DNA of 64,000 nucleotides from a virus. The translations under genes were made by a program, and so were the position numbers. This document shows, in pieces, positions 9,291 to 19,121 of this stretch (position 1 is the first letter of the stretch; each line of letters opens with the position of its first letter). The DNA is taken from the IMG/VR virus record IMGVR_UViG_3300016649_000355, one strand, 5' to 3'. The notes under the pieces were generated by a model. The model was not told the DNA's origin and searched no databases. It saw only the letters and a list, made by a program, of their open reading frames with translations.

Positions 9291-11144
9291 ATGGACATAA
9301 AAGAATTAGAATCTTTCAAGCTTTCAGATGCGATAAAATTTCACGACCGTTTAAATCCTAGATTATGGCGTGGTAATAAACTACTGCCTGAAGTCAAAAA
9401 ACAATTAGAGTTGATCGCTGACGATTTCATCACAGAATTAGGTATCTCAGGACTTAATGTAGAAGACATAACATTGTCCGGATCTAACGCAGCATATACC
9501 TATACACCAAATAGCGATCTCGATCTACACATACTTGTAGACATGAATAAATTGAAGAACGATGAAGTTTATCGTGAATTATTCCAAGCTAAGAAAACAT
9601 TGTACAATGACTCACATGATATAAAGATTCATGGAGTTCCCGTAGAATTATATGTGCAGGATACTAATGAACCTGTAAAAAGTTTAGGCGAGTATAGTTT
9701 ATTGCGTGATGAGTGGATTAAGATTCCTAAAAAAAGAAAAGCAGAGTTCGATCAACAAGCCGCAAGATTGAAATATGAGAAATTAGAATCATTGATACAC
9801 AATACCATGAAATCTAAAAAGGCAGAAAAGATCGATGAATTATTAAAGACTATCAAACGATATAGACAAGCAGGATTAGACAAGGCGGGTGAGTTCAGTC
9901 CAGAAAACTTAGCATACAAAGCGTTGAGGAACAAGGGTTATATACAAAAGTTATATGATCTAAGAAATATATTACATACCAAAGAACTGAGTATAGAAAA
10001 TATATATGTAAAAGAAGATTATCATCCTAATGCTAAACCACGCGGATCCGAGTATGAAAAAGATAATGTTATAACAGAAGAGGCTTGGCTCGATCAACTT
10101 GTTAAAGATTTAAAAAATAAAGATAAAGATAAAACATATGAATTAACTGATGCTATCGAAGACTGGCATACTATGAACGAAACTGTGAATAGCGTAGATG
10201 TCATACTAGCCAGTAATGAAGCAAAACCATTTAAAACACCTCCCAATAATATCAAAATACTTTATAGGGCAATCGTACCTAAAAACCGTGATATCAATTC
10301 AATCAAATCAAATGGAAAGATCGTTGCCTTCGCTACTGATATCAACGGCGCACATGAATTTATGCGATCAATAGATGTTATGCAAAGATATGTGATCATC
10401 AAGAAAGAATTCAGAAGACAAGATTTTGTATTAGATTATACTAGTTTCTATGAAACATATGATACAGATAGACCAGGATCACGATATATCAGCGAACATG
10501 AAGTGTGGATGAAGAATACTCCATATTATAGATCAGCCAAGAAAGATGAGATAGTCTATGACAGTGATAAAGATGAGAATTTAAATGAAGTTTCAGGATC
10601 TTTACAGAATATAAATCAAGATAATGAGAATGGAAGTTTAGAAGGATATGTGGTAGATACTGATCAACCGCAGTTATTTAATTACTTACAAAGTCAAGGT
10701 GCTGACCCTATAATAGCAAAAAAGATAGCAAAAAAGTTTAAAAGAATCGGTATCATTCGCAATATGTATGTTGATGAAGAATTCAGAAATCAAGGCTTAG
10801 GGAGTGATTTAATTAGCGATGCGATCAATGATGCATTTCTTGAAGGTGCTCAGGCTATCTTATTAGTCAGTGATCAAGGTGAGAGTAACGAATTTGATTT
10901 GACTAAATGGTATCAAAATTTTGGTTTTAAGAAAATTGGTATGGCAGGCACTGATCCTGTGATGCTAATGACTAAACAAATTAATGAAGTCTCGGGATAT
11001 ATTCCAAGCGAAAAACAAAAGAATGATCCACGATTCAGCAATGCCCTGACTATAGATGTCAAACCCAACAGCATTAAAAAGAATGCTAAGGCATTTGGGT
11101 TCGACATCAGTAGAGCAGGTATACCACCATTATTGAGGAAATAA
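9291..11144 (+). CDS. Modular protein: Pol-beta-type nucleotidyltransferase, ADP-ribosyltransferase-like module, GNAT acetyltransferase
   Basis: GSNAAYTYTPNSDLDLHI; LYRA...FAT...EHEV; YVDEEFRNQGLGSDL...WYQNFGF. Confidence 0.7.
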   Translation: MDIKELESFKLSDAIKFHDRLNPRLWRGNKLLPEVKKQLELIADDFITELGISGLNVEDITLSGSNAAYTYTPNSDLDLHILVDMNKLKNDEVYRELFQAKKTLYNDSHDIKIHGVPVELYVQDTNEPVKSLGEYSLLRDEWIKIPKKRKAEFDQQAARLKYEKLESLIHNTMKSKKAEKIDELLKTIKRYRQAGLDKAGEFSPENLAYKALRNKGYIQKLYDLRNILHTKELSIENIYVKEDYHPNAKPRGSEYEKDNVITEEAWLDQLVKDLKNKDKDKTYELTDAIEDWHTMNETVNSVDVILASNEAKPFKTPPNNIKILYRAIVPKNRDINSIKSNGKIVAFATDINGAHEFMRSIDVMQRYVIIKKEFRRQDFVLDYTSFYETYDTDRPGSRYISEHEVWMKNTPYYRSAKKDEIVYDSDKDENLNEVSGSLQNINQDNENGSLEGYVVDTDQPQLFNYLQSQGADPIIAKKIAKKFKRIGIIRNMYVDEEFRNQGLGSDLISDAINDAFLEGAQAILLVSDQGESNEFDLTKWYQNFGFKKIGMAGTDPVMLMTKQINEVSGYIPSEKQKNDPRFSNALTIDVKPNSIKKNAKAFGFDISRAGIPPLLRK

Positions 11145-11145
11145 A

Positions 11146-11889
11146 ATGGAATTACGAGGAGTAAACATAACCAATTTAAATATAGTAACCAGTCCCGGGG
11201 TAACACCTCCGCCCTCACCAGTGACCACTGGTTTAGTTTTATATTACGATCCAAGCAATAGTTCAAGTTATTCTGGTAGTGGCACAACAGTCAATAGTCT
11301 TGTAAGTCCTAATCTGACAGGTACTATGACTAATATAACTTATACCAGTCCTTACTTTAGTTATAATGGTACAAGTTCTACAGTTTCAATAGCAGATAGT
11401 GCATCATTAGAACCAGGCTCAGGTGACTTTACTATTGAGGCATGGGTCTATTATACCACTATCACAGGTAGTAGTCGTGTGATCATGGGCAAAACTAACG
11501 GCGGTCTTGCAGCAGATTGGGGATATGGATTGAGAACAGGCAGCAACGGAGCAACTTTCTTTGAAGTAGGCAACGGAACAACATCAATTCCATCATCTAA
11601 TTTCACTGCTAGTACTGGACAATGGTATCAGGTAGTGGGTGTATGGACTAATGTAGCATCAAACTCTATTGCTCTATATCGGAATGGCACACTCATTGGC
11701 AGCAATAGTCATTCATTTGCCAGCGTGAAAGATACCACTAGTCCACTATATCTTGGATCATTCAATGGTGGTCAATTTTCACAATGGTTGAACGGTCGCA
11801 CAGGCATCATAAGATACTATAATACTGCACTATCTGGCGCAGATGTATTGCAGAATTTCAACGCAAATAAAGCATTATACGGTTTGTAA
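11146..11889 (+). CDS. LamG/concanavalin A-like domain protein, probably virion-associated
   Basis: GLVLYYD, FTIEAWV, WYQVVGV, LYRNG and YNTALS motifs. Confidence 0.85.
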   Translation: MELRGVNITNLNIVTSPGVTPPPSPVTTGLVLYYDPSNSSSYSGSGTTVNSLVSPNLTGTMTNITYTSPYFSYNGTSSTVSIADSASLEPGSGDFTIEAWVYYTTITGSSRVIMGKTNGGLAADWGYGLRTGSNGATFFEVGNGTTSIPSSNFTASTGQWYQVVGVWTNVASNSIALYRNGTLIGSNSHSFASVKDTTSPLYLGSFNGGQFSQWLNGRTGIIRYYNTALSGADVLQNFNANKALYGL

Positions 11890-11927
11890 TAAATCTGATA
11901 AATAGTATATAACCACGGAATCGTATC

Positions 11928-12941
11928 ATGAAAATCAATCAAATCACTGAATCAACAACCGCAGGATCTATAGCTACAGTTGAAGGGGGTCAGGGCCAAA
12001 CTCAATATAGAAATCCTAGCATCTATGGATTAACATCCGGTGAGTCTATGCTTAAAGGCAAAAAGACTAAAAAGAAATTCGCAAATAGCCTCAATGAGGG
12101 CAAAGTCAAAGAACTCATGATGGATTTAGCTAATCCCCCCCGTGGATTGAGTGATGAAGAATTCAAAAAAGTTTACAAGATGACAAAACAAGAAGCAAGA
12201 CAACTGATGAAAGTTAACGAACAAGAAGTCAATGAAGCAGATTTGATATTAGTTCCTGGCCAGGGTCATAGAATGAAGCCTGGCTTCATCGCTAGAGACA
12301 TGGATAGAACTGATCGTGAGATAGAGATGGCAAGCGGTGATTTATATCAGGCGGCAAAAAATGCTAAAATGATCTATGACATGATCAAAGACATTCCCGA
12401 AGAGCGTGGATTAGAAGGATGGGTTCAGGAAAAGATCACTAAAGCAGCAGACTATCTAAACACTGTCCGTGAATACATAGAACAGAAAAGAATGGCAAAT
12501 GAGAACGGCGGGGTCATCGCAGGATTTGGAATCGCAGAAACGGCTGAGAAAGTATTAAATGACGGCATGAAGAATCTCAAGGCAATACACGCTGCAATTG
12601 AAAAGGGCGGTGATGCATTGTTTACATTTAATGGTAAATTCAAGGATGTACCTAGCGAGTATTTAAGGGCATTGCGCGGTACTTATACTGCATCATTGAA
12701 AAATGATAGACAACAAGATATGTTAAATATTCTAGGTGATGAAAACAAATTCAACAGATTAATGCAACGATTAGACGATGAATTATTTGCTAAGTATCGT
12801 GATGTAAGCGAGAGAAAAAAGAATCTTTATCCGATAGGCATGGCACAGGCGATGAAGTCTACAGGTGACAAGCCTCCCCTAGAGAAATCAACCATTGTTA
12901 AAGCACATGATATCGCTAGATCAATACAGCGCAAGGGTTAA
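11928..12941 (+). CDS. Probable internal head protein, modular
   Basis: MKINQITE leader; LNE and VNE junctions; LEGWVQEKITKAADYL module. Confidence 0.6.
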   Translation: MKINQITESTTAGSIATVEGGQGQTQYRNPSIYGLTSGESMLKGKKTKKKFANSLNEGKVKELMMDLANPPRGLSDEEFKKVYKMTKQEARQLMKVNEQEVNEADLILVPGQGHRMKPGFIARDMDRTDREIEMASGDLYQAAKNAKMIYDMIKDIPEERGLEGWVQEKITKAADYLNTVREYIEQKRMANENGGVIAGFGIAETAEKVLNDGMKNLKAIHAAIEKGGDALFTFNGKFKDVPSEYLRALRGTYTASLKNDRQQDMLNILGDENKFNRLMQRLDDELFAKYRDVSERKKNLYPIGMAQAMKSTGDKPPLEKSTIVKAHDIARSIQRKG

Positions 12942-12943
12942 TC

Positions 12944-15721
12944 ATGAGCAAGATCATAGAAGGCATACAGTTATCAGAGAAGAAAAAGAAGCCAAAGCCA
13001 ACCAGCCCCGAAAAATGGTCTAGAGCTAAAGCAAAAGCCCGAAGCAAGTTCGATGTATATCCTTCAGCATATGCTAATGCTTATGCTGCTAAAGAATACA
13101 AAAAAATGGGCGGTGGCTGGAGAATGGGCGAAAGCACTGAAGAAGTTGATGAAAGTGCATTACAGGCATATCTAGGTAATAAAAAATATGGTAAAGACGG
13201 CATGAATGCTCTGAGAAGGGCAGGCCGTGAAGGTGCTAGCAGAGAACAAATGGCAAAAATTCGGGACAGATATAATAAGTTGGACGAGGAAATAATCACA
13301 CAAAAAACGATACACGATTTAGCAGATAGCAGAGGAATCAAATGGGACAATGAACCCAGTTTTTTGAGATTGACCAAAAGGCTGACAGGCAAAGAACATC
13401 TAGATCAACTTAATCAAGAAGAGTTGATAAAAATCAAAAAATATCTTGAAAATCAAGGTGTGGCGGAAGGCTTAACGGAAGCTAGAGACAGTTTGTTTGC
13501 CTTTGTGAAGCGACATTTTCCAACTTGGCCTGACTATGTGTTGAAAGACTTCTTGTATTCACAAGCCAAGGGCATTCGTGATCAGGCAGAGTTAGATGAT
13601 TTTCTTAAAAGAAACAAACAAGACTTTGGCGATTGTAAATGGACACTAACTAAATTGCCCATAACCTTTGATATCTTTACACCCAAGACTCAGCGTATGC
13701 TTGCCAGTAGAGAAGGCGGTAGTTCTAATCCTTTTCAAGTACCGCGTGATGCTGAAAGACACGCATTGCAATCACAAATGATACAGCAAAAGGGTGTGAG
13801 TGCAGAACCAATTATTGTTGCCAAATTGTCCAACGGCTATGATTTGATCGAAGGTTGGCATAGAACTATTCAGCATTTGAAGGCATTCCCTCAAGGATAC
13901 ACTGGTCCTGCTTGGGTATGCACCGGAGCCACATACAAAAGTGAAAGTGTCAGGCAAGGTGTGGCGGAAGACTTGTTAGCAGAGATGGATAAAAGTGCTC
14001 CGCAACCTGGTCGTGATGGTCGAGTAAGTCACAGCACCTATGGATCCAGAGATAAAGGTGGTAGTAAAGGACCTGAAAAAGAAGCCAAACCAATCACAGC
14101 AAAAAAAGCTAAACAAGCCGCACTTGATATACTGAAGAAACAAGGTGTGGCGGAAGGCTCATTAGATGAAATCAACCGTAGAGGATTCTTGAAAGGCTTA
14201 GGTGCGGCGGCTGTGGCAGGTGCGGCTGGTGGTGCTAAGGCTGATAGATTTTGGCAACAAGATGAACTAACAAAACAATTTAAAGGCCAAATGACTTCTG
14301 AAACATTTAATGGAGCAGTTATACATTGGGATGAAGAACGAAAGATTGCTAGTCTAGCATTAACTCAACCTACTAATTTTAGTATTAATAATGTTAAACA
14401 GAATAGATTATATTTTCCAAAGTTTACATCAACTAACTTTATTATAAAAATAGGCGAAAATTCTCCATTAAATGGTACCGGAACTCCTTATCAATTTCCT
14501 TTAAGGCAGTTAGGTGATTATGAAGGTAACGGATTAATAATTTTACGCGGCAATCAATTTACTAAGGTTAGAGAAGATTTTATCAATGCAGATAAAGTTC
14601 TCATCAGAGTAGAGGTCGATGGCCTTCCAACTACAATGACATTTCATGACAATCTAGGATACATTCAGCAAAGACAGACACAACGAAAACAACCAATTTT
14701 AGATAAAATTTATCAAGAAGAAAAAAAAGGTAGCACTGTGTCTGGGTTTCATGGAATATATTCTGCTATTCAATTAAGATCAATACTAGAACCCTTTAAA
14801 GATCAAATTCCTGGACAGTTTGAACTGTTGGATCAGGAAATTAATACTTTACTTTCTAACACACAAGGACACCAGATTGCTAAAGACATTGAAGAACAAA
14901 TAAAAAAAGATAAATCTCTTAAAGACCTTATTAAAAGTGACGAAAAATATAAACATCTGTTAGTCAGCGATGCTGAGACTGCTAATCGTTGGCTCGCATC
15001 AGTTTACGGAAAGGTAATGATAAGATTAAAAGAATATAACACCATGCTGAGTCAGATTAAAGAAAGCGTTGAGCAAGGTGTCTCGGAAGGCTCATTAGAT
15101 GAAAATTGGAAAAATAAACTAGCTGCTGGGGCATTATCCGCTGCAATGGGATTAGGCGCGATGGGAGCAGCCAATGCTCAGAATGTAAAACAAACTGATC
15201 TAGGAAATGACTTTGTATCTACCTCGATAGAAGTTGCCGGTCACAATTTAAATGCTGTATATGATGATGTGACTAAAACATATTTCACGCTCAACAAGAA
15301 TCCAAATACTGGTTATTCAATATACAAGACTCCGGCCCGTTATATAGCAATTAAAAATGGAAAAGTAGAACCAATGTCAAAACTTGGTCCAAAAACACTT
15401 GACGCAATGAGTAAAGCAGGATTAGAAAATGATGTAAAAGAAGATACCACCATGCGATTCGCAGCAGAAAAATTACCGGCACAAAATCCCTACGGTGGAG
15501 TAAAGGATAGACAATTTCGTGGCGCGATAGCAGAGACAGAAGCAGTGAATCGCAATGACGGTGATGGCTGGCGCTGGTATGAACCCCGCGAACAAGAACA
15601 ATTAGATGAATTGAAATGCTGGCCCGGTTACACTAGGGTCAAGGGAGTGCCTGCAGGCGCAGTTGGTAGCTGCAAAAAGAAGACCAAAGAAAGCTCTATC
15701 ATGAAGGGCTTGCAGAAATGA
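12944..15721 (+). CDS. Modular polyprotein with QGVAEG junction repeats, a ParB/Srx-like module and internal signal peptides
   Basis: 925 aa; four QGV(A/S)E repeats; PIIV...YDLIEGWHR; internal RRGFLK Tat-like signal. Confidence 0.75.
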   Translation: MSKIIEGIQLSEKKKKPKPTSPEKWSRAKAKARSKFDVYPSAYANAYAAKEYKKMGGGWRMGESTEEVDESALQAYLGNKKYGKDGMNALRRAGREGASREQMAKIRDRYNKLDEEIITQKTIHDLADSRGIKWDNEPSFLRLTKRLTGKEHLDQLNQEELIKIKKYLENQGVAEGLTEARDSLFAFVKRHFPTWPDYVLKDFLYSQAKGIRDQAELDDFLKRNKQDFGDCKWTLTKLPITFDIFTPKTQRMLASREGGSSNPFQVPRDAERHALQSQMIQQKGVSAEPIIVAKLSNGYDLIEGWHRTIQHLKAFPQGYTGPAWVCTGATYKSESVRQGVAEDLLAEMDKSAPQPGRDGRVSHSTYGSRDKGGSKGPEKEAKPITAKKAKQAALDILKKQGVAEGSLDEINRRGFLKGLGAAAVAGAAGGAKADRFWQQDELTKQFKGQMTSETFNGAVIHWDEERKIASLALTQPTNFSINNVKQNRLYFPKFTSTNFIIKIGENSPLNGTGTPYQFPLRQLGDYEGNGLIILRGNQFTKVREDFINADKVLIRVEVDGLPTTMTFHDNLGYIQQRQTQRKQPILDKIYQEEKKGSTVSGFHGIYSAIQLRSILEPFKDQIPGQFELLDQEINTLLSNTQGHQIAKDIEEQIKKDKSLKDLIKSDEKYKHLLVSDAETANRWLASVYGKVMIRLKEYNTMLSQIKESVEQGVSEGSLDENWKNKLAAGALSAAMGLGAMGAANAQNVKQTDLGNDFVSTSIEVAGHNLNAVYDDVTKTYFTLNKNPNTGYSIYKTPARYIAIKNGKVEPMSKLGPKTLDAMSKAGLENDVKEDTTMRFAAEKLPAQNPYGGVKDRQFRGAIAETEAVNRNDGDGWRWYEPREQEQLDELKCWPGYTRVKGVPAGAVGSCKKKTKESSIMKGLQK
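13454..13471 (+). repeat. In-frame junction repeat, copy 1 (CAAGGTGTGGCGGAAGGC)
   Basis: Read directly from the sequence. Confidence 0.95.
13955..13972 (+). repeat. In-frame junction repeat, copy 2 (CAAGGTGTGGCGGAAGAC)
   Basis: Read directly from the sequence. Confidence 0.95.
14141..14171 (+). repeat. In-frame junction repeat, copy 3 (CAAGGTGTGGCGGAAGGCTCATTAGATGAAA)
   Basis: Read directly from the sequence. Confidence 0.95.
15074..15104 (+). repeat. In-frame junction repeat, copy 4 (CAAGGTGTCTCGGAAGGCTCATTAGATGAAA)
   Basis: 29 of 31 nt identical to copy 3. Confidence 0.93.
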
Positions 15722-16122
15722 GAGACTTGCTTGACATATTAGAAGCAGTTGAGAAAGGTTGCCCTCCCGCCACACAGAATATCGATCTCAACTTGCGCAA
15801 TAGGCAAAAAGCCATCGATGAATATCATTATGGTCCACTAAATCCCAATGAACCCAACGATGAGTATTGGCAAGAACTAGCAGATAAATGGAATACCGAT
15901 GACATCGAAAGCGTGAAAAAGAATCGTTGCGGAAATTGTGCTGCATTTGACATAAGCGAGGATATGTTAGATTGTATAGCCAAAGGTATAGGCAGCGAGC
16001 CGGGAAGTGACCCACATGATACTATAGACGCCGGACATCTTGGATATTGTAAATTCTTGAAATTCAAATGCGCAGCCAAAAGAACATGTGATGCCTGGGT
16101 AGAAGGTGGACCAATAACATGA
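15718..16122 (+). CDS. Cys-rich, probably metal-binding hypothetical protein
   Basis: CGNC...YC...C...CDAW; MRDLLDILE leader. Confidence 0.65.
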   Translation: MRDLLDILEAVEKGCPPATQNIDLNLRNRQKAIDEYHYGPLNPNEPNDEYWQELADKWNTDDIESVKKNRCGNCAAFDISEDMLDCIAKGIGSEPGSDPHDTIDAGHLGYCKFLKFKCAAKRTCDAWVEGGPIT

Positions 16123-17447
16123 GAGCAGATGAATTTATAAGTGAAGGCTCTTATCAAGGTGGGCTACGCAAGTGGTTTAAAGAAAAGTGGGTAAATCTAG
16201 CTAAGAAGAAAAAGGGCGGTGGGTATGAACAATGTGGTTCTAGCGGTGACACCAAGGGATATGCGAAGTGTGTACCAGCAGCCAAAGCTGCAAGAATGTC
16301 AGACAAAGAAGAAAAGTCAGCTATCAATAGGAAGCGTTCAGCACAGCGCAAAGCAGGTAGACCCGGCAAACGATCCGGGGGTAAAGGCAAAACTCCAATC
16401 TTTGTCAAGACAAAGGTAAAAGAGGGCACCGATCAAGAGTTTTATACAGGTGGGGCATTAGGCTTGCCCTATCCTGGTACATATGAGCAAGAGAATGAAC
16501 CGTTTAAAACTAAAGGTCAAAGAAGGATGGGTACATTGACCACAGAAGAAAGATATAAAGGCAATCTAGGATTAATGGAGTTGATAGCTTTCTTCAAGCA
16601 ACATCCCGAACTATTGAAACAATTCAATGAGATTAAAAAAGAATATGGTGCTGAAAAATCATTGGAATTCGCGTTACAACATATCAATAAAACATTAGAA
16701 CCAGTATTGCAGGAAGGCATCAATGATCCATCAATTTTCAAGGTAGTGTTCGTTGTGGGAGGCCCGGGCAGCGGAAAAAGTTATGTATCTAGGCAGCTTG
16801 GATTAAATGCTATGGGATTAGTAACAATCAACAGCGACCATGCTTTTGAATATTTGATGCAAAAACAGGGCCTCGACTTGAAAATGCCACCAGAGGAAGA
16901 AATAGAACGAGACATAGTTCGAAATAGGGCGAAAGAAATAGTCAATAAAAAATCTGATTTAGCGATAGATGGAAGACTAGGATTACATATAGATGGTACT
17001 GGTTCTGATTTCACAAAGGTACAAAATCTAAAAAATAATTTTGACATGTTGGGCTACGATAGTTATCTGATTATTGTCAATACAAAGCTCGATGTGGCAA
17101 GATCGAGAAATCAATCAAGAAAAAGAAGTGTGCCAAATGATCTTTTGACTAAACGCTGGCGTGATGTGCAGAATAATATTGGTCGTTTCGCAGAGATATT
17201 TCCAAGATTCAGCATCATCGACAACAGTGGCGATATAAATAATACCGATTCACAGATCAACAAAGTATATACAAGATTAGTTAAATTTTTAAACGAACCC
17301 CCCACAAAACCTATTGCTAGAAAATGGATAGAAGATCATAAATCTCAGGTGAACGAAAAGTGGTCAGAAAAATATAAGCGCAGCATAGATTGTAGTAATC
17401 CAAAAGGATTTAGCCAGAGGGCACATTGTCAAGGACGGAAAAAGTAA
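16119..17447 (+). CDS. Modular protein with zeta-toxin/AAA_33-like P-loop kinase domain
   Basis: VVGGPGSGKS, INSD, IDGTG, RNQSRKRSVP; MRADEFISE leader. Confidence 0.75.
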   Translation: MRADEFISEGSYQGGLRKWFKEKWVNLAKKKKGGGYEQCGSSGDTKGYAKCVPAAKAARMSDKEEKSAINRKRSAQRKAGRPGKRSGGKGKTPIFVKTKVKEGTDQEFYTGGALGLPYPGTYEQENEPFKTKGQRRMGTLTTEERYKGNLGLMELIAFFKQHPELLKQFNEIKKEYGAEKSLEFALQHINKTLEPVLQEGINDPSIFKVVFVVGGPGSGKSYVSRQLGLNAMGLVTINSDHAFEYLMQKQGLDLKMPPEEEIERDIVRNRAKEIVNKKSDLAIDGRLGLHIDGTGSDFTKVQNLKNNFDMLGYDSYLIIVNTKLDVARSRNQSRKRSVPNDLLTKRWRDVQNNIGRFAEIFPRFSIIDNSGDINNTDSQINKVYTRLVKFLNEPPTKPIARKWIEDHKSQVNEKWSEKYKRSIDCSNPKGFSQRAHCQGRKK

Positions 17448-17890
17448 TGTTATCAGATACACTTAAAACACTATTAGCAACAAGTTATGGATTTGCTATC
17501 AAGGCACAGAACTTTCACTGGAATGTTGAAGGTCCAGACTTTCCACAGTATCATGAATTCTTTGGAGAAATATATCAAGAAGTTTTCGATAATGCCATCG
17601 ATCAAACTGCTGAGTATATAAGAACGCTTGGAAGCTATACTCCGGGTAGTTTCACGAGGTTGCACGAATTATGCCAGATAGAAGATCAACTCAAGATTCC
17701 TAGGGCAGAACTGATGTTCGCTGAATTAGAGCAAGACAATCAAAAGTTATTAGACATGTTGAAGCAAGCCTTTCACATAGCTGAAGAAAGTGATGAGCAA
17801 GGCATAGCAAATTTCATCGCCGAGAGAATCGATGCGCATGCCAAACATGGCTGGATGTTGAGAGCAACATTAAATAAAGCTAGGGCATAA
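17447..17890 (+). CDS. dps: Dps/ferritin-like DNA protection protein
   Basis: HWNVEGPDFPQYHEFF, DQTAEYIRTLG and KHGWML motifs. Confidence 0.92.
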   Translation: MLSDTLKTLLATSYGFAIKAQNFHWNVEGPDFPQYHEFFGEIYQEVFDNAIDQTAEYIRTLGSYTPGSFTRLHELCQIEDQLKIPRAELMFAELEQDNQKLLDMLKQAFHIAEESDEQGIANFIAERIDAHAKHGWMLRATLNKARA

Positions 17891-17904
17891 GATAAATATT
17901 CTCT

Positions 17905-18591
17905 ATGCGTATTATAGAGATATGTGAGTCTATAGAAGAGGCTGAGAAAGACACGGATGAGTCTAACGAGATCGTAAAAGTTTTTAAACAAAACGGATAC
18001 AATCAGGTAGGTTCAGGTGCTGACGCTACTGTATGGGCTAAAGATGCGGGCAGCGTGATAAAGATATTGATGCCTGACAGCGAGGATATAACAAAAGCAG
18101 CATTTACTTTCAAGAAGTTCTATACATTTTGTAAGAACAATGAGAGTGTTGCCTGCTTGCCTAAATTTATTCCTATACAAGGAAAAGACTATCAATCTTT
18201 TCAGCTTGGTACTAAAAAGTATTTGCAAATATCAATGGAAGAGTTGAGACCTATTCCAACACTTTCGTTTGATGAAGGTATAGTGTGGTTTTTTAGTGAT
18301 TTTGTGATACATGATACCCGTTGGGATGATGTCAATAAAAAATTATTGAATGCAAGGATCTGGGCAGATCACAACTGGAAGCAATCTGAACAGTATGCTG
18401 AACAATGGAAAAATCTTACTATAGAAAAAAGAATGGAATATCGGATATTATACATGACTATGAATCTGTTATACAAGACAGGTAAGATCAATAAATTAGG
18501 TTGGGATCTGCATACTGAAAATGCCATGATGCGCGGTGATACAATCGTTATCACTGACCCATGGTTTGAAAGATATTCAGGATCATTATGA
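17905..18591 (+). CDS. Protein-kinase-like fold protein
   Basis: GSGADATVW, VIKI, DLHTENAM and ITDP motifs. Confidence 0.75.
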   Translation: MRIIEICESIEEAEKDTDESNEIVKVFKQNGYNQVGSGADATVWAKDAGSVIKILMPDSEDITKAAFTFKKFYTFCKNNESVACLPKFIPIQGKDYQSFQLGTKKYLQISMEELRPIPTLSFDEGIVWFFSDFVIHDTRWDDVNKKLLNARIWADHNWKQSEQYAEQWKNLTIEKRMEYRILYMTMNLLYKTGKINKLGWDLHTENAMMRGDTIVITDPWFERYSGSL

Positions 18592-19121
18592 GAGTCAACG
18601 AAGCTAGCCCCGATACATTTGAAGGTAGTTTGAGTGATGATCAATTGATCAGCCGTTTATGGATGGCTAAACGATTGAATGACACCGGCATTCCCGTGAA
18701 AAAATGTGTAGTTCTAGGAAGCTGGTACGGCCTAGTTCCCTATATATTAAGAAAGATCAATCGCATCCCAACAATAGTGGCTATTGATGGAAATCAAAAA
18801 TATATAGATGCTAGCAAGAAACTCAATCCACACATCAAGCATTTATGTAAAGATGTGAACGACATGCATTATCATGGTGCTGATTGTGTGGTAAACCCCA
18901 GCATCAATAATATAGCGGGCACTAAATGGTATGAGAACATACCTATGGGCAAGTTATGTTTATTTCAGACTGAAGACATAGAAGTAGAAAAAAACTGTCC
19001 TTCTAATTTAGAAGAATTAAAAACTAAGTTCCCATTAAGTAAATACTTGTATGAAGGAACATTGAGTTGCAAAGATAAGGATGGGCCTTATACAAGAAGT
19101 ATGATCATAGGAATAAAATGA
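18588..19121 (+). CDS. Class I SAM-dependent methyltransferase-like protein
   Basis: VVLGSWYG, AID and KDVN motifs. Confidence 0.6.
   Translation: MRVNEASPDTFEGSLSDDQLISRLWMAKRLNDTGIPVKKCVVLGSWYGLVPYILRKINRIPTIVAIDGNQKYIDASKKLNPHIKHLCKDVNDMHYHGADCVVNPSINNIAGTKWYENIPMGKLCLFQTEDIEVEKNCPSNLEELKTKFPLSKYLYEGTLSCKDKDGPYTRSMIIGIK

Noticed and set aside
13454..15104. QGVAEG repeats as a CRISPR array
   Set aside because: Spacings are 186-933 nt and unequal, the whole region is in-frame coding, and no cas genes are present.
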